Source: a virus (Duplodnaviria > Caudoviricetes). Taken from it: a stretch of DNA of 64,000 bases. The notes under the pieces are model-generated. The model was not told where the DNA came from. It did not search any database and worked only from the letters and a program-made list of their open reading frames with translations. Of the stretch, positions 1 through 10,629 are shown piece after piece (positions within the stretch are counted from its first letter, which is position 1; the number at the start of each line of letters is the position of its first letter). The stretch lies in the IMG/VR virus record IMGVR_UViG_2547132519_000001, positions 32,001 through 96,000 of that record; one strand, 5' to 3'. A program made the position numbers and the translations under genes.

Positions 1-356
1 TTCAATTTCGCCATTTCTGTTTCATCTATTTTTCGTTGCATAGATGTAATTTGCCTGCTCAATGTATCTATTTTATTGGACACATCATGCAAATCGTTTT
101 TTAGTCTTTCATCATGTTTGATTGACTGCTCAACATCAACGCCCCTTTGCTTCCACAATTCATCAAGACTCTGTGATGTCTGAACAATGAGCTGCCTTTC
201 CTCATTTTTTTTTCGTACCCATTTTACAGGTTTACCTATTGTTTCTGAAAACTTTCCTATGATAGTTGCACTTGCATTTATTGCCGATAGAATGAGAAAG
301 CCAGTCACCAACCATGATATAATATCAATTTTTTGTAATTCTGCTATTTCGTTCAA
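1..356 (-). CDS. Holin-like membrane/coiled-coil protein (partial, runs off the window)
   Basis: Read by eye from TTG at 356: MNEIAELQKIDIISWLVTGFLILSAINASATIIG (one TM), then coiled coil; open to window edge. Confidence 0.6.
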   Translation of the reverse strand, partial: MNEIAELQKIDIISWLVTGFLILSAINASATIIGKFSETIGKPVKWVRKKNEERQLIVQTSQSLDELWKQRGVDVEQSIKHDERLKNDLHDVSNKIDTLSRQITSMQRKIDETEMAKL

Positions 357-359
357 CCA

Positions 360-770
360 TTATATACCATGCCTTTCGTAATATAATGCCTTATTTTTGA
401 TATCAAATAGAGCAGTGCCAACCAGGGAATCTAAATACTCTTCAAAGTCTGAATTGGCTAATTTTAAACATCTATAAATAGAAGTAGATAACGCTTGGCA
501 TACTTTAGTTTTAGCCAGTTCTTTTACCTCATTCTGCTTTTCTGGAGTCCAGTCGCCGGTTTTTTTAATATCTTTTACCTCTACTTCATAAACCGATTTC
601 ACTGACTTGACGACTTCTTCATATAAGATGGAGGCATATTTATCCAGCTTTTTAGTTTCTAGCCAAGCATAAGTCTGTTTCCACGCATAACCCAAGATGG
701 GTACTAAAACAAGTGTCCAGATAGTTGATAAAACTTCTGAAATGTTTATATTCTGTAATACTTCATTCAT
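360..770 (-). CDS. Phage holin (LL-H-like)
   Basis: N-terminal TM (IWTLVLVPILGYAW) then charged helical tail; in late module. Confidence 0.6.
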   Translation of the reverse strand: MNEVLQNINISEVLSTIWTLVLVPILGYAWKQTYAWLETKKLDKYASILYEEVVKSVKSVYEVEVKDIKKTGDWTPEKQNEVKELAKTKVCQALSTSIYRCLKLANSDFEEYLDSLVGTALFDIKNKALYYERHGI

Positions 771-896
771 GTAGTTTTCTCCCATTTTATAAGGATAAAT
801 GGCAAACCTATCCTGGCTATTGGAAATTTCCTCACAGGTATGTTATCCACTTTTACGCCCATTGTCTTGAGCAACCCATTTATAGTGTCTCTTTCT

Positions 897-1070
897 TTAA
901 GAATAAAATTCGGCTAATGCTCTAAATAATTCTTTATTCTTTTCATATTTATAGGTAATTAGACCGTTGATTTTTTTTACAAATGTATATCTGATACCAA
1001 TTTCGGTCAGATAGTTAATCTCAGCCAGATATTGACTTTGATACTCTTTATCGAATTTTGTTTCGTAAAT
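897..1070 (-). CDS. Small hypothetical protein (57 aa, probable ATT start)
   Basis: Open frame IYETKFDKEYQSQYLAEINYL...EFYS; SD GAAAGGA 10 nt upstream of ATT. Confidence 0.5.
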   Translation of the reverse strand: MYETKFDKEYQSQYLAEINYLTEIGIRYTFVKKINGLITYKYEKNKELFRALAEFYS

Positions 1071-1165
1071 TGTTCTTCATTCCTTTCAGGAGTAAAAAAT
1101 AGGGATATATAGTTTTCTAAGAATAGATTGCTATGTATCCCTTATTTCTACACTAATCTATTCAA

Positions 1166-1357
1166 TCATTTTTCAGGAGCAGAAGCTTCCTTAATCGTAT
1201 ATTTTCCATTATCACAATTTAAATCGACTGTTTTACCGAGATACCGTTCAACATGATCAGATTTGTTAAATACAATCTGTGTTGAGATTTTATCAATATC
1301 TACAACAATACAGTCGTAATCATAGTCGCTAATTACTTCTTTTACTTTTAGTTTCAC
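1166..1357 (-). CDS. Hypothetical protein
   Basis: ORF track; AGGAGG SD. Confidence 0.65.
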   Translation of the reverse strand: MKLKVKEVISDYDYDCIVVDIDKISTQIVFNKSDHVERYLGKTVDLNCDNGKYTIKEASAPEK

Positions 1358-1382
1358 TAATAGCCCTCCTTAAAGATGGGAT

Positions 1383-2183
1383 TTAAGCCCATCTTGTCAT
1401 CTGAATCATAGTAGAGCTGTTAGCAGCTTTCATGATTTCACATTCAAATGATGTGGGCTGAGGGTCACCTTCGGCAGAAAAGTCTAATTTCAGGTTACTT
1501 GACCATTTTAAATTCGGAATTACAACCTGAAATGCTTCATCTTTTCCAGTTTCTCTGTTTCTAATAACCGTATTGCCCACAAGTTTATATGTACCACTAA
1601 AGTGAGAAGAATCGATAACATATGTCTCAGTGGACGCAGCACTCGAAAACGTGTAGTAGACCACAAGCTTCTTATCCGCAGCTGCCGGTACTGTCAATGT
1701 TTTGCCAGTTAATGTAGCGTTAGTCATAACAATAGGAGTTCCGCAGTCATTCTCAACTTCATAAACAAGAATTCCAGAAGCCGCCTCTTTTGGTACATAA
1801 GCTAATTCGATTACGCCAGACGGAGATGCGGTAAGTGGGTATAATTCACCCTTATCAACAGGTGTAGTTCCTGTGGTATCGTATGCTGTAGCCTGTCTCA
1901 TATATACAGTCTGAGCACCGGTTACTGTAGCCACGCCTGAGATTAATTCCAATGATTTTGGAGAGAGGAGAGCATCTTCAATTGTAAGTTTACCTTCCTT
2001 ATTTAACTCCCAGGTAATTAATTTAGCATTACCCTTACCTCCTCGCGCGTAAACTTTTTCCGATGTTACCTCAATACTAGATGTTTTTAATGTATCAAAG
2101 AAAATAGATGGTTTATTTGTAGACATATCATATAAGATTACATCCATAACCTCTTTAGCACCAAATTTTGTATTAGCACCCAT
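1383..2183 (-). CDS. Major tail (tube) protein
   Basis: Beta-rich 266 aa with C-terminal LDFSAEGDPQPTSFECE typical of siphophage tube proteins; position. Confidence 0.75.
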   Translation of the reverse strand: MGANTKFGAKEVMDVILYDMSTNKPSIFFDTLKTSSIEVTSEKVYARGGKGNAKLITWELNKEGKLTIEDALLSPKSLELISGVATVTGAQTVYMRQATAYDTTGTTPVDKGELYPLTASPSGVIELAYVPKEAASGILVYEVENDCGTPIVMTNATLTGKTLTVPAAADKKLVVYYTFSSAASTETYVIDSSHFSGTYKLVGNTVIRNRETGKDEAFQVVIPNLKWSSNLKLDFSAEGDPQPTSFECEIMKAANSSTMIQMTRWA

Positions 2184-2234
2184 TTTGTTACCTCCTTAAT
2201 TTTTTGCAATAAAAAAGACCAGTAATTTACTGAT

Positions 2235-3017
2235 CTAGTTTTCTTTTTGTTTTATTTTTGAAAGCCAATGCTGAAGATTTACTTCATCACTTTTTGCACC
2301 AGCAAGTAACGCTTGTATATTTACGTGGAAATCGTCCATTATTTTTAGACGATTAAACTGATTGTTAAATTGATATATATCGTATAAATCATAGACATTT
2401 TGTAAAGGCATATGTTCAGCCTCAGCAAAGATACTTATCAAATCAGCCATTGTTAAATCATCATCGTCATCTCCAATGCGTTTTAATTTATTGACCTTTT
2501 CTCTAAGCTTCCGACGTTTCTCCAATAGACTTTTAGCCATATCGTTATCTGGATTATCTACATATTCCATATAATTAATATCAATTAGGCAATTACGGCT
2601 TTTAAGTATCTGTCTGAATTTATCATAGTTTATACTATTTAAGAGGTATTTACTTTCCTCCCCAATAATAAATCCATAATTCGCATCAAAAGTCACCTTA
2701 TTTTTAAAGAATAGACTCAAAAAAGAGGGGACTAGTTCACACATTAAGTCAGTGCTTGACAGTATTTCGCCACTTTCTAATGCTTTGTATTCTTGAAGGA
2801 GATTTAATACAACATACAGGAAAGTTGATGATTGTTCTGCATTAGATAAGTATTCTTTAGCTTTATCATCATCCATACATAACAAAGAGATGATATTTTG
2901 TGCCTTAGTAAAGCCAAAATCGGCCATTTCCCCCAGTGTCACCTTATATGTTGGGATATTATCAAAATATAAAATGCTGCCTCTCTGTAATTTATGTTCT
3001 AGATCATATTTATTCAA
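2235..3017 (-). CDS. Tail-associated protein (possible chaperone)
   Basis: 260 aa, between tail completion and tube genes. Confidence 0.5.
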   Translation of the reverse strand: MNKYDLEHKLQRGSILYFDNIPTYKVTLGEMADFGFTKAQNIISLLCMDDDKAKEYLSNAEQSSTFLYVVLNLLQEYKALESGEILSSTDLMCELVPSFLSLFFKNKVTFDANYGFIIGEESKYLLNSINYDKFRQILKSRNCLIDINYMEYVDNPDNDMAKSLLEKRRKLREKVNKLKRIGDDDDDLTMADLISIFAEAEHMPLQNVYDLYDIYQFNNQFNRLKIMDDFHVNIQALLAGAKSDEVNLQHWLSKIKQKEN

Positions 3018-3028
3018 AAGACACCACC

Positions 3029-3514
3029 TTATAGTTTGTTTTTTAAGTTGAATTCAGAGCAGCTATATATAAGCTGTTTGCCGTAATATTTATCTCCAAT
3101 AGTTAGATATGTAGCAGAATTTAGGTGAAGCTGTCCAATGCCAAATTCTCTTGAACTCTGTAGCTTTCGATCTAACATATCTGTTAGAATATCAGCTCTT
3201 GTTCCTAAGTAGCCTTTTTTCGAATATCTCATGTAATCTTTATCTTTGTGGCAGTAGCACCAAATTATAATCTTCATATCCTTTACTGAAAAATTTGCCA
3301 CTCTAGGAACATCAACTTCCATACATATATAAGATTTAGTTTCTACTTGCGTATCGTTTACATATAAATATGGAAATACATATTTATATAATAAATCATC
3401 ATAAACAGTCTCTTGATTATAATCCTTACCCAGTAGTAGTTCACATATATCATCTGATTGCGTTATAAATGATATTAGCCTTGATTTATAAATTCCTACA
3501 TCTTTTAAAGTCAT
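3029..3514 (-). CDS. Putative tail terminator/completion protein
   Basis: Size and position in the neck module. Confidence 0.5.
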   Translation of the reverse strand: MTLKDVGIYKSRLISFITQSDDICELLLGKDYNQETVYDDLLYKYVFPYLYVNDTQVETKSYICMEVDVPRVANFSVKDMKIIIWCYCHKDKDYMRYSKKGYLGTRADILTDMLDRKLQSSREFGIGQLHLNSATYLTIGDKYYGKQLIYSCSEFNLKNKL

Positions 3515-3524
3515 TCAACACCTC

Positions 3525-4562
3525 CTAAAATGCACTTATTAAAACATTGGTCGATGTTGAAAACCCACTGTGTTCATCTTTAACCGAGATTGTTAAATTT
3601 GATTGATCCATATTTTCATCATTACATGAGATGTGCAATTCGTTATTCACAATAACCATTTCTACTAAGCCTACCGGTTCAATAGTCCAGATGGGAGTCA
3701 TATCCAAATAATTACCATCTTTATCGGTTAAAGTAGCGACAAACTTCTTTTTACTACCTCCAATGCGAATAGTACTAGATCCTACATAGTTGATATGTGC
3801 AGATAAATTCGCTGTTTCATCGGGTGGATCTGGGGCCGGTGGGGGAGTAGAAGACGAAATATAACTTGCAATCCAAACCTCAGTACCGTCTATAAGCAAG
3901 ACTCGCTTATCAGTGTCTTTATTGTAGGCATCAAATGATAATGTAAGTGTCATATTGCTACCACGTCCAAAATACTGGTAATTATTTAAATTGACTTTAC
4001 GGTTTGTTAATTTATAAATGTCTGGCTCTTTAGCATCATCTAAATCAATAGGAAAACGCATATCTCTTTTAAGCTGTTTGGTTTCTTCATCAATTGGTAC
4101 TGTAAGTCCATACTGGTTGTCACCAATAGCAATTGTATTATTGCCTGAAATTCCAGAGGAGTATTTGGTGAAATCCTCTGAATATGCCCAGCGCTCAACT
4201 ATTCCACCTTTTGAGTTCTGCCACCTTAAAGGTACAGTGCATAAGTACATATAGCCTGAATGGTAAGCTTTTTCATCTGAATCAATTAGCATTACTAGCC
4301 AGTGTTGATTATTCCATTCTATATAGTCACCTAAATTAAATGGATCAGAATGTTTGGCTTTTATTTTCTTCTTAAAAGTATTTCCCTCTGTATCTTTGAT
4401 TATAATCAATTCATATGGCAGACCATTTCTACTAACAACATGATAATCAATAGTATCAGCAAAATGTTCATCTACATGTTTATTAAGTAAGTATAAATCT
4501 GTTTCCTGTTTACTCGAAGACTTGTAGGTGTTGTTTATTTTCTGAAAATATGTAATATTCAT
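3525..4562 (-). CDS. Head-closure/neck protein with C-terminal Ig-like domain
   Basis: GDYIEW motif, Pro-rich linker TPPPAPDPPD, beta-rich C-terminus; position. Confidence 0.5.
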   Translation of the reverse strand: MNITYFQKINNTYKSSSKQETDLYLLNKHVDEHFADTIDYHVVSRNGLPYELIIIKDTEGNTFKKKIKAKHSDPFNLGDYIEWNNQHWLVMLIDSDEKAYHSGYMYLCTVPLRWQNSKGGIVERWAYSEDFTKYSSGISGNNTIAIGDNQYGLTVPIDEETKQLKRDMRFPIDLDDAKEPDIYKLTNRKVNLNNYQYFGRGSNMTLTLSFDAYNKDTDKRVLLIDGTEVWIASYISSSTPPPAPDPPDETANLSAHINYVGSSTIRIGGSKKKFVATLTDKDGNYLDMTPIWTIEPVGLVEMVIVNNELHISCNDENMDQSNLTISVKDEHSGFSTSTNVLISAF

Positions 4563-4572
4563 AAAACACCAC

Positions 4573-5061
4573 CTACTCTAAGCATTGACTATAGTCAATT
4601 AATTTTTTCTTTCCAGTCAACCTGTTTACAGATGCATATTGTGAAATCTTAACTACGTTTTCATTTTTGATTTCTCTCAACATATCGGTAAATGTCTTTC
4701 TTTCTGAAGCTGGAGAAAATTGATTTAGATCACTAGGAGTCATTGATATTTTAAATGCTTTAAGTAAAGATAAATCTCTCTCAAAATAAACTTCTCTCAT
4801 TAAGTCGGATATAATACCCTGTTCTTTTTTTGTTAGATCAAAATTAAACTCTGCTATATCTTCACTATAGTCAAAGAAGTCCACATCAGGAGTACATTCA
4901 TCAACTAATCTTTCGATTGCTTCATACAAATAATTTACCGCCTGACTCCTTGCTAAAATTAAAGCTTCTTCTAATGAGACATTATAATAAGAAAAAAAGT
5001 CTCTATCCTTTTCTATTTTATAAAAAAATTTTTGTATTAAAGAATCAAATGGTGTTGACAA
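4573..5061 (-). CDS. Putative head-tail adaptor
   Basis: Helical 162 aa downstream of capsid genes. Confidence 0.5.
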   Translation of the reverse strand: MSTPFDSLIQKFFYKIEKDRDFFSYYNVSLEEALILARSQAVNYLYEAIERLVDECTPDVDFFDYSEDIAEFNFDLTKKEQGIISDLMREVYFERDLSLLKAFKISMTPSDLNQFSPASERKTFTDMLREIKNENVVKISQYASVNRLTGKKKLIDYSQCLE

Positions 5062-5075
5062 TTATGCTCGCCCCC

Positions 5076-5783
5076 TTAATTCTTCTTGGGTCTTCCAGGT
5101 TTCTTAACTGGTTCTTCTTTTACTTCTGCAATATCATTGTTAATCTCGTTAATGGTATCAGCATTAATGGAGGGTAATGCAAGCATTTTTTCCATCATTT
5201 CCTGCATTTTAGTCATCTGTTTTTGTAGAGCAATATTCTGTTCTTTTAAAGCATCTACTTCTTCAGACTGTATTGATGTTGTAACATCTTTTGGCTTAAT
5301 AACAATTTCAGTATTACGAATACCCCTGCGTAGCTCATCTGATCTAGTCTTAATGATACTTTCTATTCGCATAGAAATATCGTTGTCTGTTGAATTCTTT
5401 AAGCGAATGAATACTCCGCGAAGCCTATCGAATGTTCCAATGTCCTTAATTCTAACTAATTTTAGAAGCTTATCCATGCTCGGAGATAAAATAATGTTTT
5501 CCATCTCCTTAATCGTAAGCAAGTCTTTCCAATTTGGAATTCTTAAATAATCCTCATACATTTCTTGTTCAATCTCTTCTGGAAATCTTAGAATTCCGCT
5601 TTTAAAAGCGGCGGAGTTTCCATTAATATAAAGGATTTCTTCTAAATTAAGCGGGAGAATGGTTGGTGTTTCACTATCTACAGCTGGTTCAATAGCATAA
5701 CTATCATGCTTTGTAGATACAACAACGATATTTTCATTGTAATTAAGTAGGTTAATCGTTTTCATATCTTTAATCATATTCAA
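5076..5783 (-). CDS. Hypothetical virion-module protein
   Basis: 235 aa, coiled coil and C-terminal KPGRPKK. Confidence 0.6.
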   Translation of the reverse strand: MNMIKDMKTINLLNYNENIVVVSTKHDSYAIEPAVDSETPTILPLNLEEILYINGNSAAFKSGILRFPEEIEQEMYEDYLRIPNWKDLLTIKEMENIILSPSMDKLLKLVRIKDIGTFDRLRGVFIRLKNSTDNDISMRIESIIKTRSDELRRGIRNTEIVIKPKDVTTSIQSEEVDALKEQNIALQKQMTKMQEMMEKMLALPSINADTINEINNDIAEVKEEPVKKPGRPKKN

Positions 5784-5833
5784 ATCATCCTTTTAAAATA
5801 GGAGAGGTTTATCCCTCTCCCGTATTTGTTTAT

Positions 5834-6826
5834 TTATTTTGCCATTGTAATTTTAGCTAATTTTTCAATATCAGTAATGCAATAACCATACTCAAAGCCT
5901 GCCAGTTTCACATTGACTTTTTCCTCGTTATTATCCATTGTTTCATAAACCCTAATATCACCCTTCTGGTCAAGAGTACCAATCTTACCAGCAACACCAA
6001 AAATCTTTTTATCTGGGAGGAGATAAGCACCAGAAACAAGTTTCTTCGCACCGGAAATTGAAGCAATATTAATACCGTCGTTAAAACTTACTAGTCCATA
6101 TCTATTGAAGTTATTTTTCATATCATCAGATAAATACTGCGCACGTCCAGACATTCTTCCCAGTGCCTGTGCATACTTAGAAAGAGTTACTGCTACAGGA
6201 GATGAATCTCTATCTAAAAGGTACAAACCAAATTTGTCCCATGAAGTGAGAGAAGGAGCCGCTTCAGTTTCGGCAATAGCCTGTTCTCCACCCGCAATGG
6301 CTGTGTCTATAGTGGTAAAGATATCATAAAACTGCTTATTTCTTAGTGCTTCTACGGCATAGTTGGTAAGAAGTGCAACAGACTTAAATCCATTACGTCT
6401 CATTTCAATGTAAGGGAGTTCAAATTCAACCTGGGCAGTTTTCCAAGTGGGTTTTAAAGAAGCAAAGTCAATATATGACTTATCTACATTACCACCAATT
6501 ACGGCATCGTGTGCTTCCATTGTATTCTTTGGAGTTTTATCTACACTGTAATCATCAAATTCCCCTACCGTACCTCTGTCAAATAATTTGTCCAGTAACT
6601 CGTCTGGGGCATTGTACACTTCATCAGTTACAGTTCTTTTAATAAAAGCTCCAATTTCGCAATCCCTATCATTACCATTGGACGCAATTTCTCTTACCCA
6701 TGCATCACAAATTTCAGATACCTCTTTTTCTTCTGCGGAAAGATTTCTATTATATGTAAGCTTCTGGGCAATATTGAAAACCTGCCCATCTTTATTCATT
6801 AATTCAGCAATTTCTGTTTTTAACAT
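5834..6826 (-). CDS. Major capsid protein
   Basis: 330 aa from MLKTEIAEL with GGAGG SD; follows protease/scaffold and decoration genes. Confidence 0.75.
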   Translation of the reverse strand: MLKTEIAELMNKDGQVFNIAQKLTYNRNLSAEEKEVSEICDAWVREIASNGNDRDCEIGAFIKRTVTDEVYNAPDELLDKLFDRGTVGEFDDYSVDKTPKNTMEAHDAVIGGNVDKSYIDFASLKPTWKTAQVEFELPYIEMRRNGFKSVALLTNYAVEALRNKQFYDIFTTIDTAIAGGEQAIAETEAAPSLTSWDKFGLYLLDRDSSPVAVTLSKYAQALGRMSGRAQYLSDDMKNNFNRYGLVSFNDGINIASISGAKKLVSGAYLLPDKKIFGVAGKIGTLDQKGDIRVYETMDNNEEKVNVKLAGFEYGYCITDIEKLAKITMAK

Positions 6827-6900
6827 CTTAATTCCTCCATTCGGTTTTTGAGCATAAAAATAACGGCACCCATATGCCGTCACATTAAAAATATTTTAAA

Positions 6901-7347
6901 TTAGCCAATTACTTCAATAACATGAAGAGTATGAGTATCAACAACTTTGGTTCCACGATATACAAACTTTGTGGCATCAGCAGACTTTGCAAATTTGCCA
7001 TCAATACCAAGTGCTAAATAATCTCCTTTAATTGCTCCAGTAGAAAACTGATCTGTCGCATATCTCTCAGGAAATTCCGGAGGTACAAGTTTTACACCAT
7101 TACCTGTCTTGATTTGCATAAACATTTCTTCATAGTCAGAAAATTCTCCAAGTCCAGCGTAAATTCCATCAGCACGCTTTTCCTTTGTTACAAAAAACAC
7201 TCCTTTATCCGTAGGAGCATCTGGAAATCCTACTTCCCTGTCCTTCGTATAATCTTTTACAACACCCATACCCACAACCAAATCAACAGTAGTAATATTT
7301 GTAGAATCATACACCTTACCAGTATTTGTCTGTAATTCTCTTAACAT
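6901..7347 (-). CDS. Capsid decoration/cement-like protein
   Basis: 148 aa between scaffold and capsid genes. Confidence 0.5.
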   Translation of the reverse strand: MLRELQTNTGKVYDSTNITTVDLVVGMGVVKDYTKDREVGFPDAPTDKGVFFVTKEKRADGIYAGLGEFSDYEEMFMQIKTGNGVKLVPPEFPERYATDQFSTGAIKGDYLALGIDGKFAKSADATKFVYRGTKVVDTHTLHVIEVIG

Positions 7348-7363
7348 TATTTTATTCCTCCTT

Positions 7364-8830
7364 TTATTTACCTAAATAGCTTTTCATTATAGATTTCACA
7401 TCTAGTTGATCATCCTCTAAATTATTCAGATTTACAGAAGCAGTAGATGTTTTAATCTCATCATTATGTAGATTTTCTGATATTAAAGTCTCCTGACCAT
7501 TTAAGGATTCCATATATCTCTCAGCTAAAATTGCCTTTAGTGATTTATCATCTAGAGTATCAACATACTCCTTTAATTCTTCTGAACTTTCAATCTCTTC
7601 TTTCGTAATTAAACCTGATTTCGTAATAGAAGACACTAGAGTATTTTTCTTTTCCTGCAACTCAGCGGCTACCTTTTCCTGTTCCGCTTTCTCAAATTTC
7701 TCCTTAAACGGAGTAAGAGTACTTACTTCTGCTTTAAGTTTTGAAATTTCTTCTCCTGATTTAATAATAGCATCATCTTTAGTTGAGATTTCTGATTCTA
7801 ATTCTGCTACCTTTGTATTGATTTCAGAAATGCTAACTGTCAATTTTACATTTTCCGGATCAGAAACAGTAATAGTATCGTTGTTTACTTCGTAGGTCAT
7901 GCGCACAAAGTCTAATTCCGATTCCCTGCCATCTACCTCCAACCAAACCTCTTTATCTATTGGAAAATGAAAGGAGATCCAGCACCACTTGTCTAATTTT
8001 GCTCTACAAGCCTCTCGAATCTTTTTTCTTAAATCATATTCAGTAAGCTGAGAAATTTCAGTTGTATCATTATTTGAGGTTGCAACAGGAGTTTCTTCAA
8101 TCGCTCCTTCTGCTTTATTTTCAGCAACCTGCGTTACATTCTTTTTCAGCAAATCATTATCCTCCTTTGCTTTTTTTTCATTATCTAAACCATGACATAT
8201 AATGTCTTGGGATAGTGCCTCTGCAACAAACAATCCATTACTCATATCTGTAGAAAGGGATAATGCTTTTGCATCTACTCCATACGATGGTTTTGCATAT
8301 TCATACCCAAGTAGCGTATTAGCTAAAAACTCATAATCAGCCACTCTTTTAACACCATCTTTATATTCGTATGAAGAGATGACGATTTCCCAACTACCAA
8401 AGAGTTTCCCAATTGAAAAAAGCCGCCTTACGGCAGCTACAACATTTTCATATCTTTTCCATATTCTGTATTTAGCATAAAGACAAGGTAAATTTTTAAT
8501 AACTCCGCGAACATCTACGTCGGCATTTTCTATATATACTTCTGTATGTGTACCTATAGACTGAGTACCAAAAGAAATATTACCATTCTGATCTTTTGAC
8601 ATTTCATGTCCGGAGAATGTTGGTAGGCCCACAATATTAGTTCTATATTTTGCTTGAACTGGCATATTAACCAAGGTCTCTGCTTTCTGTTCAGCTCCGT
8701 CAGATGGGAGGAGTACACCATTTGCATTAGTGTCATCGTAGTAGCAAATTCTACTTGTAAGTTCCAAATAAGTGTTGCTTTCAGATATTTCTATAATTTC
8801 ACTCGCAATAAAAATATTTTCTGTATTCAT
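7364..8830 (-). CDS. Prohead protease/scaffold protein
   Basis: N-terminal globular domain (NANG, GH, SWE motifs) and acidic coiled-coil C-terminus; after portal. Confidence 0.65.
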   Translation of the reverse strand: MNTENIFIASEIIEISESNTYLELTSRICYYDDTNANGVLLPSDGAEQKAETLVNMPVQAKYRTNIVGLPTFSGHEMSKDQNGNISFGTQSIGTHTEVYIENADVDVRGVIKNLPCLYAKYRIWKRYENVVAAVRRLFSIGKLFGSWEIVISSYEYKDGVKRVADYEFLANTLLGYEYAKPSYGVDAKALSLSTDMSNGLFVAEALSQDIICHGLDNEKKAKEDNDLLKKNVTQVAENKAEGAIEETPVATSNNDTTEISQLTEYDLRKKIREACRAKLDKWCWISFHFPIDKEVWLEVDGRESELDFVRMTYEVNNDTITVSDPENVKLTVSISEINTKVAELESEISTKDDAIIKSGEEISKLKAEVSTLTPFKEKFEKAEQEKVAAELQEKKNTLVSSITKSGLITKEEIESSEELKEYVDTLDDKSLKAILAERYMESLNGQETLISENLHNDEIKTSTASVNLNNLEDDQLDVKSIMKSYLGK

Positions 8831-8845
8831 TTTTTCACCACCTTC

Positions 8846-8995
8846 CTAACCAAGAAGAATATTGTGTTTTTTTAACAATTCTTGCTCTAAAATGGCCTGA
8901 TCATAATTAAAATCATTTTTCTTAGCAATATCACTGACAGGTAAAGTGACTAGTAACTTTTTATTGCAACAGGGACAAATAATTTCTACTATCAT
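8846..8995 (-). CDS. Small Cys-rich protein (49 aa)
   Basis: MIVEIICPCCNKKLL..., ATGA overlap with the portal stop. Confidence 0.55.
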   Translation of the reverse strand: MIVEIICPCCNKKLLVTLPVSDIAKKNDFNYDQAILEQELLKKHNILLG

Positions 8996-10614
8996 AATGA
9001 ATCCTGCCTGGTCTGATCGTATTTTTGTTTTGCTTTATTTTTGCTGTCAGTAGGTCGCCCACCCTTATTGCCCTGTGGTTCAGTTATCTCACCTCGTCCA
9101 CTAGATGTATATGCGGTCTGCCTACATTTGAAAATTTTCTCAAATCCCTCGTCGTTCTCTTTGGATCGCTTTGCTTTTTCGTCATTTACATCTATACCAA
9201 GTAATTCTAAGCTTGATGCTAGAGAACCATTAAATATAGTATAAAGAGTAGAAGCTAAATCTTTTCGCATTTCAAAGCTAAGTGCTTCACTGTCAATAAC
9301 TTTAATAGTGGGGCAGAATTCAACAGGGAGATTATTATCTACAAGCACCTGTTTATACCATTTTTGCAAGATATCCTCGACTTGTTCAGAAATCATATTT
9401 ATTGTTCTCATAAGCTGTGTTACGGAGATATCAGAGGTACTTACAGATTGACTACCTGAATCCATTAGAAAACTGATACCAAGAGCAGCCAGAACACGAG
9501 AACGATAATTATTGACAGTTTTTGTATCAGTAAGTTCTATTTTGGGTTCTACATATAATATTTCTTCAACTGTTGGTGGAGTAGTAACTACCACTGTGGG
9601 CTGTTTCCAAGCTGCCATAAAATTTTCGTGTGCGTAACTCATTTCCTCAAATCCCTTTTTATTAAACTCAGGTCCCATTACTTCCCTACGAAGTTTTTGA
9701 TGAATTATCTTTTTGGCTTTAGCCTTGCTATTTACCCTATCAGCATTGTCGAAAGTATCAAGCATAAGTAGATCTTTAAGAGTACGAAAGATTGGAGTAA
9801 GACCGTAACTTCGATTCATATTATTAATTCTAATCACCCCAGTATACTTATGATTTAACTTTGCAAAGTCTTCTTTTGCTATAAAAGCATCGTATACTTC
9901 AATAGGGTAGTTTGCTTTTACCTCTTCTTCCATATTTTCGAAAAATAATGGTTTGTTTTTCTTAGTCTTTTTATATATTTTTTGAAGTCTAGACCGTAGT
10001 TCTCTTATATTTAAAAGAACTACGGGGTCTCCATCTATATCATAGTCTCCAAATACACAAACACTGAGAGGATAATAATCAATTTTATATTTATTGTCTT
10101 CATGTCTTAAATAGCAGATATAAGTACCTTCGTCAAAGGTAGTGGGGATAGAATTACGAATAAATCTTTTGATATTAATTGTTTTATTAAACTCTGTGAT
10201 AAAATTCTTGACTCGCTGAAGTTGTTCGGATTTATTTCTTCCAGATATATCCATATCATAAGACAATTTTGTTTTTGTGTTAATATTAGTGGTTATACAT
10301 TCATGTGTTTTTCCAATAATACCGTCTTTATTTATTTCTTTCCGTACAATAGAATTTATAATCTGTATTTTTTTTAAATCATTCTGCGTTCCATCGGCTA
10401 ACTCATCTATATATTCTGGTGTCAGTTTTTCGGACGATGAATTACCATCTTTTAAATAGACAGAATATTTTTGGTTTGATGGATCATACTTAGCAACCGC
10501 ACTGGCAAGCCATTTGTCTGTAATAGATTCTGAAGAAGTAATAATCTCCGTACCATCATTAGATGTAGAACGAATAATTACTTCGTAATCTTCTTTATTT
10601 AAATTTTCTGACAT
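8992..10614 (-). CDS. Portal protein
   Basis: 540 aa directly after terminase; YGLTP motif, C-terminal GGRP tail. Confidence 0.75.
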   Translation of the reverse strand: MSENLNKEDYEVIIRSTSNDGTEIITSSESITDKWLASAVAKYDPSNQKYSVYLKDGNSSSEKLTPEYIDELADGTQNDLKKIQIINSIVRKEINKDGIIGKTHECITTNINTKTKLSYDMDISGRNKSEQLQRVKNFITEFNKTINIKRFIRNSIPTTFDEGTYICYLRHEDNKYKIDYYPLSVCVFGDYDIDGDPVVLLNIRELRSRLQKIYKKTKKNKPLFFENMEEEVKANYPIEVYDAFIAKEDFAKLNHKYTGVIRINNMNRSYGLTPIFRTLKDLLMLDTFDNADRVNSKAKAKKIIHQKLRREVMGPEFNKKGFEEMSYAHENFMAAWKQPTVVVTTPPTVEEILYVEPKIELTDTKTVNNYRSRVLAALGISFLMDSGSQSVSTSDISVTQLMRTINMISEQVEDILQKWYKQVLVDNNLPVEFCPTIKVIDSEALSFEMRKDLASTLYTIFNGSLASSLELLGIDVNDEKAKRSKENDEGFEKIFKCRQTAYTSSGRGEITEPQGNKGGRPTDSKNKAKQKYDQTRQDSL

Positions 10615-10629
10615 TTTTCACCGTCCTTT